64,000 nt of DNA. It comes from Antedon mediterranea. Its lineage: Eukaryota > Animalia > Echinodermata. Shown one piece after another: positions 48,036-64,000 of this stretch. Below the pieces are notes generated by a model that saw nothing but the letters and a program-made list of their open reading frames with translations, searched no databases and was not told the origin of the DNA. The position numbers and the translations under genes were made by a program. The stretch lies in the NCBI RefSeq assembly GCF_964355755.1, contig NC_092680.1, positions 4,898,001 to 4,962,000 of the forward strand, given 5' to 3'. The first letter of the stretch is position 1; every line of letters starts with the position of its first letter.

Positions 48036-51000
48036 TTAAGAATACGATGTATTTTGTCGGAAGAAACAATTGAAGAAGTAAATACGTACATATTAAGAAT
48101 AAATATGTTGTAAGATGTAAATTAAACACTGGGAAATAGGCCGAAATGTTAATAGAAATGCGTGCGTTGTCTTTGCGTGTACAATTTTACCTAATAAAAT
48201 GAACTTGAAATAGGAAGAGGAATTGAAGTTGTTGCGCCGAATTAATGAACAGGTGCACCGTACTACAGACCCATGTTTTGGCTTAGAATTTGGGCAATTT
48301 CGCCGACCCGAAAAATGTGTTTATTTTTCGTTAGTTCGTGAGTTAGTGTCCAATTTTCAATTGACTCGCATTTTTATCCGAATTATTACTCATTTTGTTT
48401 GTATATTGATATGATATGTACATTTATTCTGTGCATGTGAAAATATGTTAAATGACTCTTTCAATTGCATATCGCCGCAATTACTCAATTAATATTTTTA
48501 TGTTGGGTCTGATAATGTTCGTTTCATTTATGCACATGTGTTCTTAAGACACTTGAGCTCCATGATAAAACATTGAATTACTCCTTGTATTAAAAACCAA
48601 TCAAGAAGAAGACGACAAAGTTTTATTAAATTTTTTTTTTGCTTGATTCTGCTTGTGTTGATGTGTGAGTTCATGATATTCCTCTTTGTTCCTTAGGTCA
48701 CCTAAGCAATGGAAGGAAAAACGTTTTAATTAAATTTCTTCTCTTTTCTTAGCATTTATTCTTTCATAGCTGAACTATTAATACTGTACTAAGAGGGTAT
48801 TTAACTGTGTCACTGACAGTTGAATTCGTTTTTCGCCAAGACGTGCCGCCAACGACTATCACGACGAAGTATCGCTAACAATTCCTTGGATCGACTATGG
48901 AATCTCTAACTTTTTCGTCCAGCAGACTAAATAAATGCAAATTGTAGTAGAATAAAGTTAAGAATGATAGCACTGTAATGTAATAGTGATAGTCATAAAA
49001 ATACAGTACAACAAAGCATGCGATGCGATAATTAATAGCAAAAACAATAGCACGGTCTAATATATGCGTGAATGGCGCGCCATAGAAATCTGTTGTGGCC
49101 GAAACGGTCATATGGCCATGCCGGCTCTATACGATCTTTGAATATAACCCTATTATATGTATTATTATGATACAGTACCGTATAATGATTGATGAACGGA
49201 GTTACGCCCTCTAAAACTTATAAACTTTTTTTTCCTTTTTAGTGGGAAGAATTAATAATAATGATAATGGCACTGTAATGTTAATATTGAGTTGGAAATT
49301 ATACTTTTGTAACACTACTAGTGGCACGCATCTATGTGGGAGGTGCATCCTAAAGGAAAAACATACAACGTGAGCAAAATATGTGCCAAATAGAAACAAA
49401 TACAAAACTTAAAAAGAGATAAAACCAACAATCTCAATAAAAAATCAAACAAACAAATTATAAATTTGAATATTAGAAAACTGAGCAACAACAAAGTAGG
49501 CCAATCTCTACTATGAATGATGAAATAACACATGTCCCACAAACATGAAAAATAAAGATTGATAAAATCAAATTTCCATTACTGTAGGCCTAGTTTTGAT
49601 AAAGTTATTCACCTAACACCTAACAAAAACAAACAAAACAAAAATAGTAGTAGTAATTAGTCAGTTGTTTATTTTTAATTCATTTATAATATAGTAATTT
49701 TACTTTCTGTGGACCAGAGATTCTGAAATATAAGATTGAATGAATGAATAAAAAAGACAAAATAAAACACTTAGGCCTAAACTTATTTTTAAATACGGTC
49801 TTTTAGTGAAAGTGGATCATTTCCGGTATTATTATTATTTACAAAGCGATCAAAAACGAATTGAATTTACATAATAAATGTCGAAAAATTACAAGATAAA
49901 TAATGTTTATGAAGTATAGCTTTATTAGGCAAACAAGATTAAGAGGTTTCAAATTTTCAAATCGTCTTTCTTTCTTTCTTTCTTTCTTTCTTTTTGTTTC
50001 TTTTTTCTTGTTTTTCTTATTTTTCTTTTTTTTGTTCTTTTTTTCTTTCGTTCTTTTTTATTCTTTTTTTCTTTCGTTCTTTTTTATTCTTTTTTCTTTC
50101 GTTCTTTATTTCGTTCTTTCTTTTTTGTAATTATCTGACGTGATTTAAAAAATATTATATATAAGGTTCTATTTAACAGATAGATTTAACAGAAAGATAG
50201 TCTAGACCTAAATCTACATTTTCTTTCTTTCTTTCTTTTTTTCTTTCGTTCTTGTTTTCCCTTTTTTCTTTCGTTCTTTTTTTCTTTCGTTCTTTCTTTT
50301 TGTAATTATCTTTTTCTATTTCACGGAGTATAATAAGACAGTCTAGACCTCAATCTACAGTACATTCTTTTACCTTTTTCATATCATTACAATTTGGAAC
50401 ATTTGCTGAATCGGCACTGCCATCGACTGGAATCATCTACCAGATAAGGTTGTAAATTGTACTTCTATTCTGGAATTCAAAACCCATATTATCCAAACTT
50501 AATTAAATAGGGTACCCCTTGTCACAACTTACTCTCTGGGGGTCTCTGTCTTGGTGACAGCTCGCTGGGCAACTGGATGGCTGAGGCGGGGTAAATGGGT
50601 ATCCAGCTACTTTATTCTGCCTCCTAGGTAGCGGCCCAGTAAAGTGATAGCGGTTGGCACGGACGGTAGACTTCCATAGTGTTTAATGTTGGGTACAGTT
50701 TACTCTATTTTACTCTTTACAAGGTGTCTGAATACAATACAATTATATAATAGATAGGATAGATCAAATAATTATATATATTCATACTAACATGTATATA
50801 TATTTATATAAGTAAAACTTTAAAAAAAGAGATAAGGGAAAGGGAAGAAAAAAAGAAGAAAAGAGAGAAAGAAAAGTGAAAGGAGAAGTAATTGGAAAAA
50901 TAAAAAAAAATAAAAAAATAATAATAATAATGATAATTGATAATAATAATAATAATTATAAATAAATAAGGGAGTCAGTTTCTCTCTGTAAAAGAATAAC

Positions 51001-51203
51001 TAAATAGAACAATAATACACAACCAAATAATGTAGAGCTAGCAAAACAGAGTTGGAGGAGCAGAGTCTTCACATATGAAGTTGGCTCCTAATACGAAGAA
51101 GAAGAAGAAGAAGAAATAAATCATTGTTTATATAAGTATAACCTATTGACCGCCGTAACATTGTAATAGATATTGTTGCCTTCTTTGTCATTTTGTTACG
51201 TTA

Positions 51204-53327
51204 TTACATTTTCTTAGCATGAAGGAAATAACATTCACAATCAGAATACATAATACCATCACTATTTACTGGTAGTTCCCGTTTACACCAATCCATCGCA
51301 TCTTTAACAATTTCATCTTGAAGATTATCCGGTATTCGGGCCAATTGTCCCGAGAGAGTGCGAACATAACCTTAAAAGAAAGAAAAGTTTTTTTTAGTTG
51401 CTGTAACCAATTAAATTAAATCTTACATTACACTGCACATTACTTACCATCAAGTTCATAATCATTTTCTATGATAAAGATGGTTGGGTCTATAACTTCT
51501 TTGCTGACCAATGAGAATCCTTCAGTTTCCAAAAGACTACACCAACCATCCAAGTCCAAGTCATTTTTCAAACCACCTTCGTAATCCTGAGTATGGGAAG
51601 AACTATGATTGTTTAAGTTAATTGAAGGAACAGAGCCAGTCTTTACGAATGCACGGACCCCTCCCAATAAATCCATAACGTGTGGTTATTGTCGGTGAGT
51701 AGGTGAGATGTATCATGCTAGATAGAGTACCTTTTATCAATGGTGCAACTGAATGTGGCTTGGTGGTTCACATGCTTGCTTAGTAATCCCAGGGCCCCAT
51801 TGGTTCAAATGTCACAATTCCAAAGCCACTGTCTATGGTGGAACCAGGGAGTAGCTAATTTCCTGGTGGGACTTGGTTTACAAAGTATATGTTCCCATCC
51901 TATAATTGACGAATCATTTTGAAAATAAAAGATAACAGAAGATATTGGAGAAGTGTGATGATCATTCTTACAAATAATGAGTTGAATTCAAATAAAAAGT
52001 TAAGACAAAAATTAGCAAATTACGTTTTGAGTAGGCCTGCTTTCATCATACCATAACCATTTGATAAGACTGATGAAATAATATAAACTCACCTTAAGAA
52101 AACGATTCCACTTTGGGTGGTTCTTAAGATAAGACGGAAGCTCATTTTTTTTAGTTCCACACAATCTGCACATTGGACCAACAACTAAAATAAATAATTC
52201 TCCGCCTCCTTTCATACATTGTTGTATATTTTGGATAGTCTTTTTCTTATCTTTCACCCACTGCAAGACGTACATTGATGTGACTTTATTAAATTGGCTT
52301 TGTTTCCATTTTGAGAGATTCGTTCCAAAATCTTGCGCATCACAGACAACATACTCGACTCCACATTGTTCAATTGGTGATGCTGTTTTGCATAATCAAT
52401 CATATCGTCGGAGACATCGATACCTAAAATAAATTAAATAGGGCTACAATAATGATAAAATAAATTTAAAATACTTATTGTAATTGTAATGTTTATGGAG
52501 TAGCATCATTTGCATGGATTGGTCATTGAAATTTTAGAATGGGGGACACAGGATATATGGACATTTAGGCCCTATCAATTAATAATAATATGTGAGTCCG
52601 GAGACTGGATAAACGAATTATTGTTGATCACAGTGTAAGGCACCAGTGTAATGATTAAACCAAGAATAGTGGGCTTCGCTCATCATTTAACAATAACTAA
52701 ACTCAACTGCGTGTCTTTTTAACAAAGGCTTATGCAATATACAATTCAAAGCAGGAAACTTTTTTGTATTGATCCACACAGATTATTTCAGCCCACGCAC
52801 TACCAAAATAAAGAGTGCGTTGAAAAAGCAATAGAGAAGGTCATTTTATACTAGAATAAAGATACTATTCACTTCAACAAAACAGAGAGAAGTTAACAAA
52901 ACAGCCACTAAATAAGTAGGCCTACTTTTTTCAATGTCACGTTGTGGTGTTTTTTTTCTCAGAAGCCCCTACAATTGGTTTGCCTTTACAGATATTTTCG
53001 AATACACTGTCGTTTGTTCAATGTTCTTATTTTAATATTATTATTTTATGATTAAGATATTTGATATAAAATAATGTATAGGCCTAAGAAAGATTTTTAA
53101 TAAAAACGAGTACAACAAGTTATTACAAATAAGAAAATAGATCTACATACCAACTACTAACGACACGTTACGAGCTATATCCGAAGTAAAGTTTCCTGAA
53201 CCGCAAACCAACATACATCTAAAACTCTGTCGTCCTTTGAGAAATCGAATTTGGAAGTTAACATATCGATTGAAAGTGCTTGAAATCGGCGACATTTTGA
53301 GTACATGGCAGATAATTTACTATTCAT
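51204..53327 (-). pseudogene. Methyltransferase paralog B copy 3, pseudogene
   Basis: +1 and +4 insertions inside motif I (ccgcaaaccaacatacatct, 53201-53220) and a +5 insertion in exon 2 (acatactcgactcc, ~52349-52362). Confidence 0.88.
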
Positions 53328-53681
53328 GGTGCAGCACTTTTCGTAGCCCCCACAACCTTGCTACTGAGCCTTTAATCTTAAGCCAATATTTACCATGAAT
53401 GATTGTTATAAATTCATCCACGACAGAAGTCCATTGAAACGATTCAATAGCTCCTTTCAAAGCGACGTAACGTGGTTGCGTCCCGGTAAAGAGTAAAACA
53501 ATATTAATTAATCACAATATGTAACAATGAATAATAGGTAGAAATATTTATTTATGTTACTGTATAAAATGGGATTTTAAGTTGGCGAGCTGAACCCTCG
53601 CGAGGTAGCGAGTAGGGAATGTGCGCCCTCTATAGTTCAAATTATCGTAAACTTTTTACCCGTTCAGCAGCAGATCGTAAA

Positions 53682-56600
53682 ATGGCGAACGAACCAGATT
53701 TATGTTCAACACATTGTGATTTGTGGCATAATATAGATAAACTTCAAAAAGAAATTATTATCTATGAACGCATACATGCTTTAAGTAATGAAAACAAAGA
53801 ACAGGTAGCTATTTCAGTTAAAGCGGAGTCTTCTTTACGTTACAGGTAAGTACTCAAGTATAGGCCTAGGCCTAGCTAGTGTAGCTAGGCCTAGGTAGTT
53901 AGGGCTAGGCTAGGCTAGTTAGGCATAGGCCTAGTGGGCGTAGGCCTAGTTGTAACAATTAACAATAATAATGAAACTGTTTAATTTTCTTTCTTTTAAA
54001 AAAATTTATAATATTGTTAATTTAATTAGGAATGACGTGCTGAGAAAATTAGAAGACAATATAGAAAGGATCATTGAAAGTTTACAACAGAACAAAGCAC
54101 CTGCAGTGGCATTTGATAGTAGAACAAGTTGGCAAAATGTAAGGTAAAGTACATGGAAAAATGAGCTAGCAAATAATAAAATTTATTTAAAACAATAATA
54201 TTCGATTATTATGCATTAGTTTTTCAGCTGATGTTGGACTCAAGTTAGATAAAGACAAAAGTGTTTCAGAACTCAGGTTTGACTCAATCAATTCAACTAC
54301 AAGATTTGGTAAGGCGACACTATCAAACTTTATGTGACAAAAAAATGTGATTTCCCCATACACTATATGGATATGATGATGTCATATAACTACCATATTT
54401 CGGCACATTTTTTTGTCAAACTAGTTTGATAGTGTAGACAAAACTTGAGATTGAAGCATCAAATAGATACTAAGGTTATGACATACCACATTGATTACTT
54501 GACTGTTAGTATTATGACAACCTTCTGCCATAAAATACAATAAAGAATTCTGTGTAGAACTGGTTTTATTATGGTGAGATTTAGTTGATGTTTTGTATTT
54601 CTTTATTAAGCTCTGATGCTAAGCCTGATGTCTGAATGCTATAAACTAGTCCAAAGCAACACATTCTCAACTAAACGGTATGTTTTTTAAGATGAATGAA
54701 ATTTTTTAATAATAATGAGTTGGTCAGTGTTTTAATATAGAAAATGTATGTATTGTCAAGAAATATGGAAATAGCATTGTTTATTCTCACTCCTGTGGAC
54801 GATCAAAGCATATTGATCGAAACGTCGAGAAACTCAACAGTTGTTTTCAGAACTAATATACGTGGTGTACCGCAAACTTTGTATCAACATTGTTTCTGCC
54901 ACTGCAATTACACAAAAATGTATCTTAAACATTTTCAATTATTATCACCCAATTATCTAAGATATAATTAGTATTATAATTATAAAATGTTCGAGTTTTT
55001 CCTGAATTTTTTTTTTTTTAATTATTAATGATCATGATGTGTGATTCAATATTTGAATCAGAGGCTTGTGCATTCCTATTCAACCAATACGACAATCATC
55101 AGAACATTGTACATGTTACCATCATTATCATTTAACTGTATTTATCATTTGATAGAGACATTTATTACAGAGATCCTCAACTGTTTGGTAGCCAATCAGT
55201 GGTAGATGAGCTAGCTGACAACATAGCTTGTATGTTGTCTGTTCCTCGACATCATCTACATTTGGTAATTTTCAATTTTTATTCCTATGAATAATTTTGT
55301 TTAAGGCTCTGTCTACACTAATTCATAGGCAGATTTTTTAAAATAAAAAAAAAACAATGAAAAAGATAGGACATTACATTAGGTTCAGCACTTTTTTTTT
55401 ACAACTTTACAATTTAATATACATTTTTTAATCTAATAAATTATAATTCTTATTTTTAGTTGGCAACATCCAAAGGATGTCTAGCTGGTGATCTTAGTTT
55501 TATTGAAATGGATGGTAATTGTGTAGATTGCTCAACAACTACAACAGTTAAGTGTGTAAATATTCATTTTAAACGAATATACATATATCAATAGCATATA
55601 GAGCATTCAAGTTGGTTAGAAAATAAAACAGTTTAGTTATTTATTTTTTTTTTCAGGGTATTTTGGTTCCATCACATGTTGAAGGTCTTACAAGTATCCT
55701 TTATTGTTTGTTATCACTGAAAAGTGTCTAGACGTGCAAAACTGGCTGAGAGCACAGAAATCTGGCAAATGTCACCATCCATGATGAAGCTGCCAAAGTA
55801 AAATCTTATTACTGTATCCAAAACGGGGCTGCCAAACTGGTTGCATAGAGAATCCTCAATCTTTCAATTTTTACAATATGATTGACTGCCAAACTGGCTT
55901 ACTGAATGCCCTAATCTTTAATATATCACCATCACTTATGTGGATGAGAAATGTTTTCTAATATAAATGGTAAGCCAATATTTCTATTTTTATTATCACT
56001 AAATGTTGCCAAGATATTCGTTCTGAAGCAAAATTTGTTTTAATCGTTGAGAAGGATGCAACATTCCAGAAGTTGTTGGATGATGGTTTACTGAAGAGAA
56101 TTAAGAGCTGTATCATTATCACAGTAAGAATCTGTAATTGTGGTGTCTATGTGGTTTCTATATGTTTTTATGCAGGCCTGTTTTAATGTTAACATCAGGC
56201 CCGCAACAGAGATATTTTAAGCATTATATATTGTTTGACACAGAGCTTAAAATCAAGTTGGTAATCTGGATAGTGTATGTGTATTTCACCTGTATTATGT
56301 TCTCCACTAATAGTATATATACATATTTCCGTCACTTAAAGATGTATTGTCCCCCTGAAAAAATAATAATAATAATTATTTAACATTTTTTTGTTGAATA
56401 TGCCATTTTAATTTCACAATAATTATCCACATTGACCCAAAATTAGATCAAAAAAAAAAATGATATACCTGAAAAACTGGAATTTAAAACAAAAAATAGT
56501 CAAATTGGCTGCCAGCCAATGGATTTTTGGTTGAATTTTACCATTTATTATGTCATTTTATAAGTGAAAACATTATTTTGTTGTGTTTTTTTTTCTTAGG

Positions 56601-58566
56601 AAGTGATTAACTTTATTAAAACTACAAAATAACATATTCAAAGTCTGATTTAATTAATCTTTATTTTTCATGTTTTTGAGGGACAATACATCTTTAAAAT
56701 GAATAAATACCATTTTGTCACCAGGGTAAAGGTTTTCCAGACATCAACACAAGAATGATGGTGCGTAAATTATGGGATTGCTTTCATATTCCAATCTTTG
56801 GTTTAGTTGATGCGGATCCACATGGTGTGTACAAAAATGTCTTCAAATTGATATGCCATATTTCAGATTTAAATCTAAAGCTCTGTCTACAACTATTAAA
56901 CTGGTTTGAAAAAAAAAGTGTGATATGCCCAAATATGACATCATCATGTCCATATATGGCCACATCATATTTTTTTGTCACATAAAGTTTGATAGTGTAG
57001 ACTGAGCTTTAATCTCAATTTATCCATTACCTATATTATAATTTACAAACTTTACTGACAACCATTTATCATAATAATGGCAGCAACAAAGAGGATGAAA
57101 GCAATAAAGTCACTGATGACTGCATTGTAAACATCTTTAAATAGGTCTACTTTCTATAAATATAGAATTTTTTGTTTTATAAAATATTAGGCTACAATAT
57201 AATTGACAAAATATATAGGTAATTAATATGTAATTATCACTTGACTTTCAGGTATTGAAATACTTTGTGTTTACAAATTTGGATCAAAGGTAGGCTACTA
57301 TTGGTGCCCCTGTAACTTGTATACACTATTACACTATACACTACTTCATAGTATTGATCTCTTTTGCAAAACTGTCTTTTATTTCAGTACAGGCATACTC
57401 GTTTGATTCTCAAAACCTGACTGTCCGCTATTATACTTTTATGCTCTCTACACTATCGAATTAGTTTTACAAAAAAAGTGTGATATGCCTAAATATGGTA
57501 GTGATATGCCCAAATATTGTGATATGACATCCATATTGGCACATTACATTTGTTTGTCGCATAAAGTTTGATAATATAGACAGACCTTTACACTTTTTAG
57601 TCTTGGTGTCTCTTGCAAGACTTTCTTTCATTTCATTATAGTCATACTCATTTGATTCTCACAACCTGACTGTCCCCAGTATACGATGGTTAGGAGTTTT
57701 ACCTTCAGACATCAAACATCTTCAAATACGCAAAGAAAGCCTTATACCTCTTACAAAGGCTGATATGGATAAGGCAGGAGAACTTATAAAAAGGCCTTAT
57801 TACAAACAAATACCAAAATGGATGAAAGAGGTAAGATTTATACAATCACATTGTAAACAATAATATTTTAGTAGTTAATTAGTGTTTGGAAATAAAATAT
57901 CTATGTACATGTTCATTTCTACATAGTTATTTGCATAGTTTATTTAAAAATATATTATCCCCCTAAAAATATTTTTTTTTTTTTCACATTATTTTTTAAA
58001 TGCCATTATAATATTTATTCACTTTGACAAAAAACTAAAATGAGAAAAAAAAAATTATTTACCTGGAAAAAATGTAATGTAAAGCAAAAAATACTTAAAT
58101 TGTCTGTCAGACAATGGTTTTTGTCTTTTAAATCTTTAAGAATAATTTATTATCAATTTATCCATATTTGGATGTGGCGATGCTTACCTGTTATACACTC
58201 AATCCTCCCAATACCGGACACTTTTGAACTAGCATTTTATGTATGGTTTTCTATAACGTCTGGTATTCGAAATGTGTGTTTCTAATGGTAAAATGATTTT
58301 GGGACCTTTTGGACCTCGTGAAAAGGTCTGATTTTTTAGAGAGTTTCCGGTTTTTAGAGAGGTTGGATATTGGGAGAGTTGATTGTATTTAGTTTAATTC
58401 GAAGTATATTAATACTTTTTCCCTTTTTTTTGGTTTGTTATTTTAGATCCAGATTCTACTTACAAGTGGTTATAAAGCCGAAATACAGACACTCACCGCC
58501 ATCTCAAACAATTTCATGACCGATGTTTACATTCCAAATAAAATTCAACATGGAGGATGGATATAA
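53682..58566 (+). CDS. SPO11: SPO11 copy 3, 12 exons, open frame
   Basis: All 12 exons present and catalytic motifs identical. A few substitutions (R>S, N>S, T>K, L>M). Confidence 0.96.
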
Positions 58567-59500
58567 CTATTTTTGCTTTTCCTATCAAGACATACAGTTG
58601 ACCAAAATAATTGCAATCCAATTTTAAACATTTTTGTTGATTTTGATTGTTTTACTTTTAATAAATCTTTTTTGTACAATATGCAGTTGAGGTTTAATTA
58701 AAAAGAAAGCATTGAAATCATAGAAAGTGATAATCACGGTATTTTACCACATATCATGTTTGTTTTCTGTGTATTTTTTACTTTGTAAAATAATATTAAT
58801 CTGTTCATTTTCTTTTAAATGCGATTAATGCGTTCCATAAAAGCAATCGTTTTTTGAATCAAGAGCGCGACTCGAGTCGAGTTGTTATCGCGAAAGACCC
58901 AGGCACTTTATACCTAATAATATTCTTTGCCTACCATGCAGAATGTGATTACCACCTGAGTGAGTTCTTTATTTTATTTTGTTAAAAACTTTCTTCATAA
59001 TTAATTAATAACCACTATCTCTGTGTAAGATACGAATAGGCCTAATCCCTATCACTTTATTAATATATATTAGTGTCTGGCGTGTTCACAAACAGTAAGA
59101 GCGAAACGACCAGGCTTATTAACACCGAAGGGTGACAACGAATAATACAGCATATAGAAGCTGAAATTGTTTAGGCCTAGAGCCTAGAGGGAGAATGATT
59201 ATCAAAATGTTTATGCGTTTCAATTCTTTTTAACAGCATAGGTAAACTATGTTAAAAAATAACTAATGATGTACAAATTAACCTAAATATACGATAATAG
59301 GGCCAAAAAGAAAGTAACAAAAAGGGATTTAGAGATGGAGCGATTGAATGTAAAATACAAATGATATGGAAGGCAATATGTGCCATTAGCATTTTGAATA
59401 ACCAACCCAGTTAATTGGGGCGTTATAATTAATACTTCTTGGTGTCAGTTATTTATTGATCCTTTTTCTACTATTTCTTCTCTACTACTTTCAGTTTAAA

Positions 59501-61801
<2,301 letters not shown>

Positions 61802-62602
61802 ACTTTTACAGTACTGTGTTCAGCCTATATTAACAAAAAGTGGTAATGTTAAGCGAGGTGACTAGAACCAGACACTTTTCTTCTTTTAGTTGATACAAAC
61901 CATAAATACACGCTCAGTTGACGCCATTTTCTAGTCGCGAATATCGGTTACAGTTTTATCAAAAAAATGAAAATAATGCCATTTATTTAGTTTAAATGAT
62001 TTCACAAAATAAAAATGATATACAGCAGTAAATTTTTTTCATCAATGTTTATAATATAATCATACACACTTTATCATAAAGATAATGTGGTTTTACAATG
62101 TAAAAGTGATTTAAGTATCTATGAAAAAAACCGATTTTTAATTGTGTTATTGAGTATGTAAGCAATACTCATGAAGAACTATACAATTAATGAATTAACG
62201 GATATACGGTAATTAACGTTTGTCCTCTGCAGAGTTGGTCTTATAGATAAAGACATTTTAACACCAACGTTTTTGATGTCCGCCTAGCAATAGGCCCAAT
62301 AGAAACCAACGTTTTATTGTACAAAACCGTTGATAAATTTAGGTTACTACAATAATAGCCGTAAAGAGTGAATTTAATTTGAATAATAGATGTTATTTGT
62401 ACCATAGACATGTTATAATATGTATTGAACAAATCTTATGAATAAATCCAAAGGCAAATTACTGAAAAAATGACAATGCTGTGGGTATCAGTGGCTGGAT
62501 CTCAATGGAAATACTAAAAAAAAAGCGAAAAGCTAAATCAAAATGATAAACTAAAATAGCCAGAAAAGTTAGCAGAGCTTTCGGGCAACAATCTTATGAA
62601 TC

Positions 62603-63574
62603 TTATGAATAGTTAGAAATTTTGGCGCCACAAAATTTCTTCTGAAATGCTTTTCTGAAATCTGCAAGCCGAAACCAATATATGATCGGATTTACAAGAC
62701 AATTAATCATCATTAAGAACTGGAAACCGTAATTCCGAATCCATATGTCTGCACGTAGGCTGCATTGTTTAATAAAATGAGTAACTATTGCCCCGTTAAC
62801 GGCAGCCGGTCCTATAGTTACTACGAATACTCCTACAATAACAATAAATGTTATTATCATCTTTTTCGATTCTTCAACTCTTTGAGTAGATAACGGAATG
62901 TCTTGTCTCTGATTGTTTATATTTTTATAGATAGTTATATATAACATTGTATTTAGAATAACGTAAACGCCTAATAAAGTTGAATACAGCCATTCAAACT
63001 TTCCGCTTAAGTTAAAAAGTAATACAATACCTATTTGACTGATTACTATAGTGAAGATAGAGATTGTACATCTTTTTGTGGTTACAATCTCATGGTACTT
63101 CAAAGGCGCCCATACCAATGCAATATACCGGTCAATGGCAATACAGACGATACAGCTAGCCGATATTAAATATAAACTGGTACTGGCCAATAAAATCGGT
63201 AAAATATAATTTACATTCCGTCGGATAGCTTCGAAAGTTAATATAATACACATCGAACTGAATACATCAGCTACTGCAAGAAAACTGACGAAGAAGTTAT
63301 GTTGCTTGCGAAGTTTTTTGGCGGCTATGATGAGAAACACCACCAAAATGTTTCCCAGAATTGACAAAGCACAAAATAAGTATAAAACTGGTATTGCGTA
63401 AACAAAGAATGGTTCCCTTTGGTGTATTTCGCTTATGCTTTCTATGTATTGTAAGCAGTCCAACACTCTCTCCAAACTTTTTTGCATTGGGCCCGATGTA
63501 AAATTATGCGAATCGAAATTCGTTTTTCCTGTATTACTACGTTTGTATATATCTGTTACAACACTCAATTCCAT
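62603..63574 (-). CDS. Single-exon rhodopsin-like (class A) GPCR, orphan
   Basis: GN in TM1, LAVAD in TM2, IAIDRY in TM3, NCLVNPIIY in TM7, and helix 8 FRKAF. First ATG at 63574 (the ORF track starts at an upstream non-ATG codon). Confidence 0.9.
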   Translation of the reverse strand: MELSVVTDIYKRSNTGKTNFDSHNFTSGPMQKSLERVLDCLQYIESISEIHQREPFFVYAIPVLYLFCALSILGNILVVFLIIAAKKLRKQHNFFVSFLAVADVFSSMCIILTFEAIRRNVNYILPILLASTSLYLISASCIVCIAIDRYIALVWAPLKYHEIVTTKRCTISIFTIVISQIGIVLLFNLSGKFEWLYSTLLGVYVILNTMLYITIYKNINNQRQDIPLSTQRVEESKKMIITFIVIVGVFVVTIGPAAVNGAIVTHFIKQCSLRADIWIRNYGFQFLMMINCLVNPIIYWFRLADFRKAFQKKFCGAKISNYS

Positions 63575-64000
63575 GTTTCTCTTGAAGGAGCAAGTCAAAA
63601 TACTGTTCTATTGCACGTTTGTATTAAAAAAAAACTTACTACTTAAAATTATTGGATTTATTCCCGATAAAATCTTTCGAGTACAAAATTTCAAGTAAGG
63701 ATTTGCCTAAAAATACACTTTAGAAGTACAGTCATGCAAAATAATAGCTTTTGATGAATTGCAAGTTGCGACGAAATACAAGTTTGATATTTCCGGTTTT
63801 TAATGTCAAGTAACCGGACAGAAGATGTATTCCTCGTACTTATCCTGTCACTTCGTAACCATATTAGGATATACATAATAATTATTAAGATAATCCATCA
63901 TCTCTGAGGCCGATGAGACTAGGCAGCAATTAATATATGTTATATCAAAACACATTAATAACTAAATTGATCGATAATAGTGAAAACGAGTTGATAATTA

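Noticed and set aside
53619-53681. In-frame upstream ATG extending SPO11 copy 3 by 21 aa
   Set aside because: Out of frame in copy 2 (extra C) and absent in copy 1. The conserved aaaATGGCG start is preferred.

Overview
AT-rich, intron-containing animal DNA, possibly a marine invertebrate such as an echinoderm (low-confidence inference). It is not prokaryotic. About 95% of the window is a head-to-tail tandem amplification of a ~19-23 kb unit seen three times: unit 1 <1-19419, unit 2 19420-42046, unit 3 42047-60805, then unique flank. Each unit holds two paralogous 4-exon JHAMT-like SAM methyltransferases (A and B, minus strand), a 12-exon meiotic SPO11 gene head-to-head with B, and TMEM234, which the junction truncates in units 1 and 2 and which is complete only in unit 3. 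By hand translation, all three SPO11 copies and all visible exons of the A copies keep open frames, while B is independently pseudogenised in units 2 and 3. SPO11 copy 2 carries a full-length Ty3/gypsy element with identical LTRs in intron 1. The units differ by many recent non-autonomous transposon insertions and deletions, and they carry Penelope-type hammerhead ribozyme relics. A single-exon class A GPCR ends the window. All exon calls are manual, without alignment tools.
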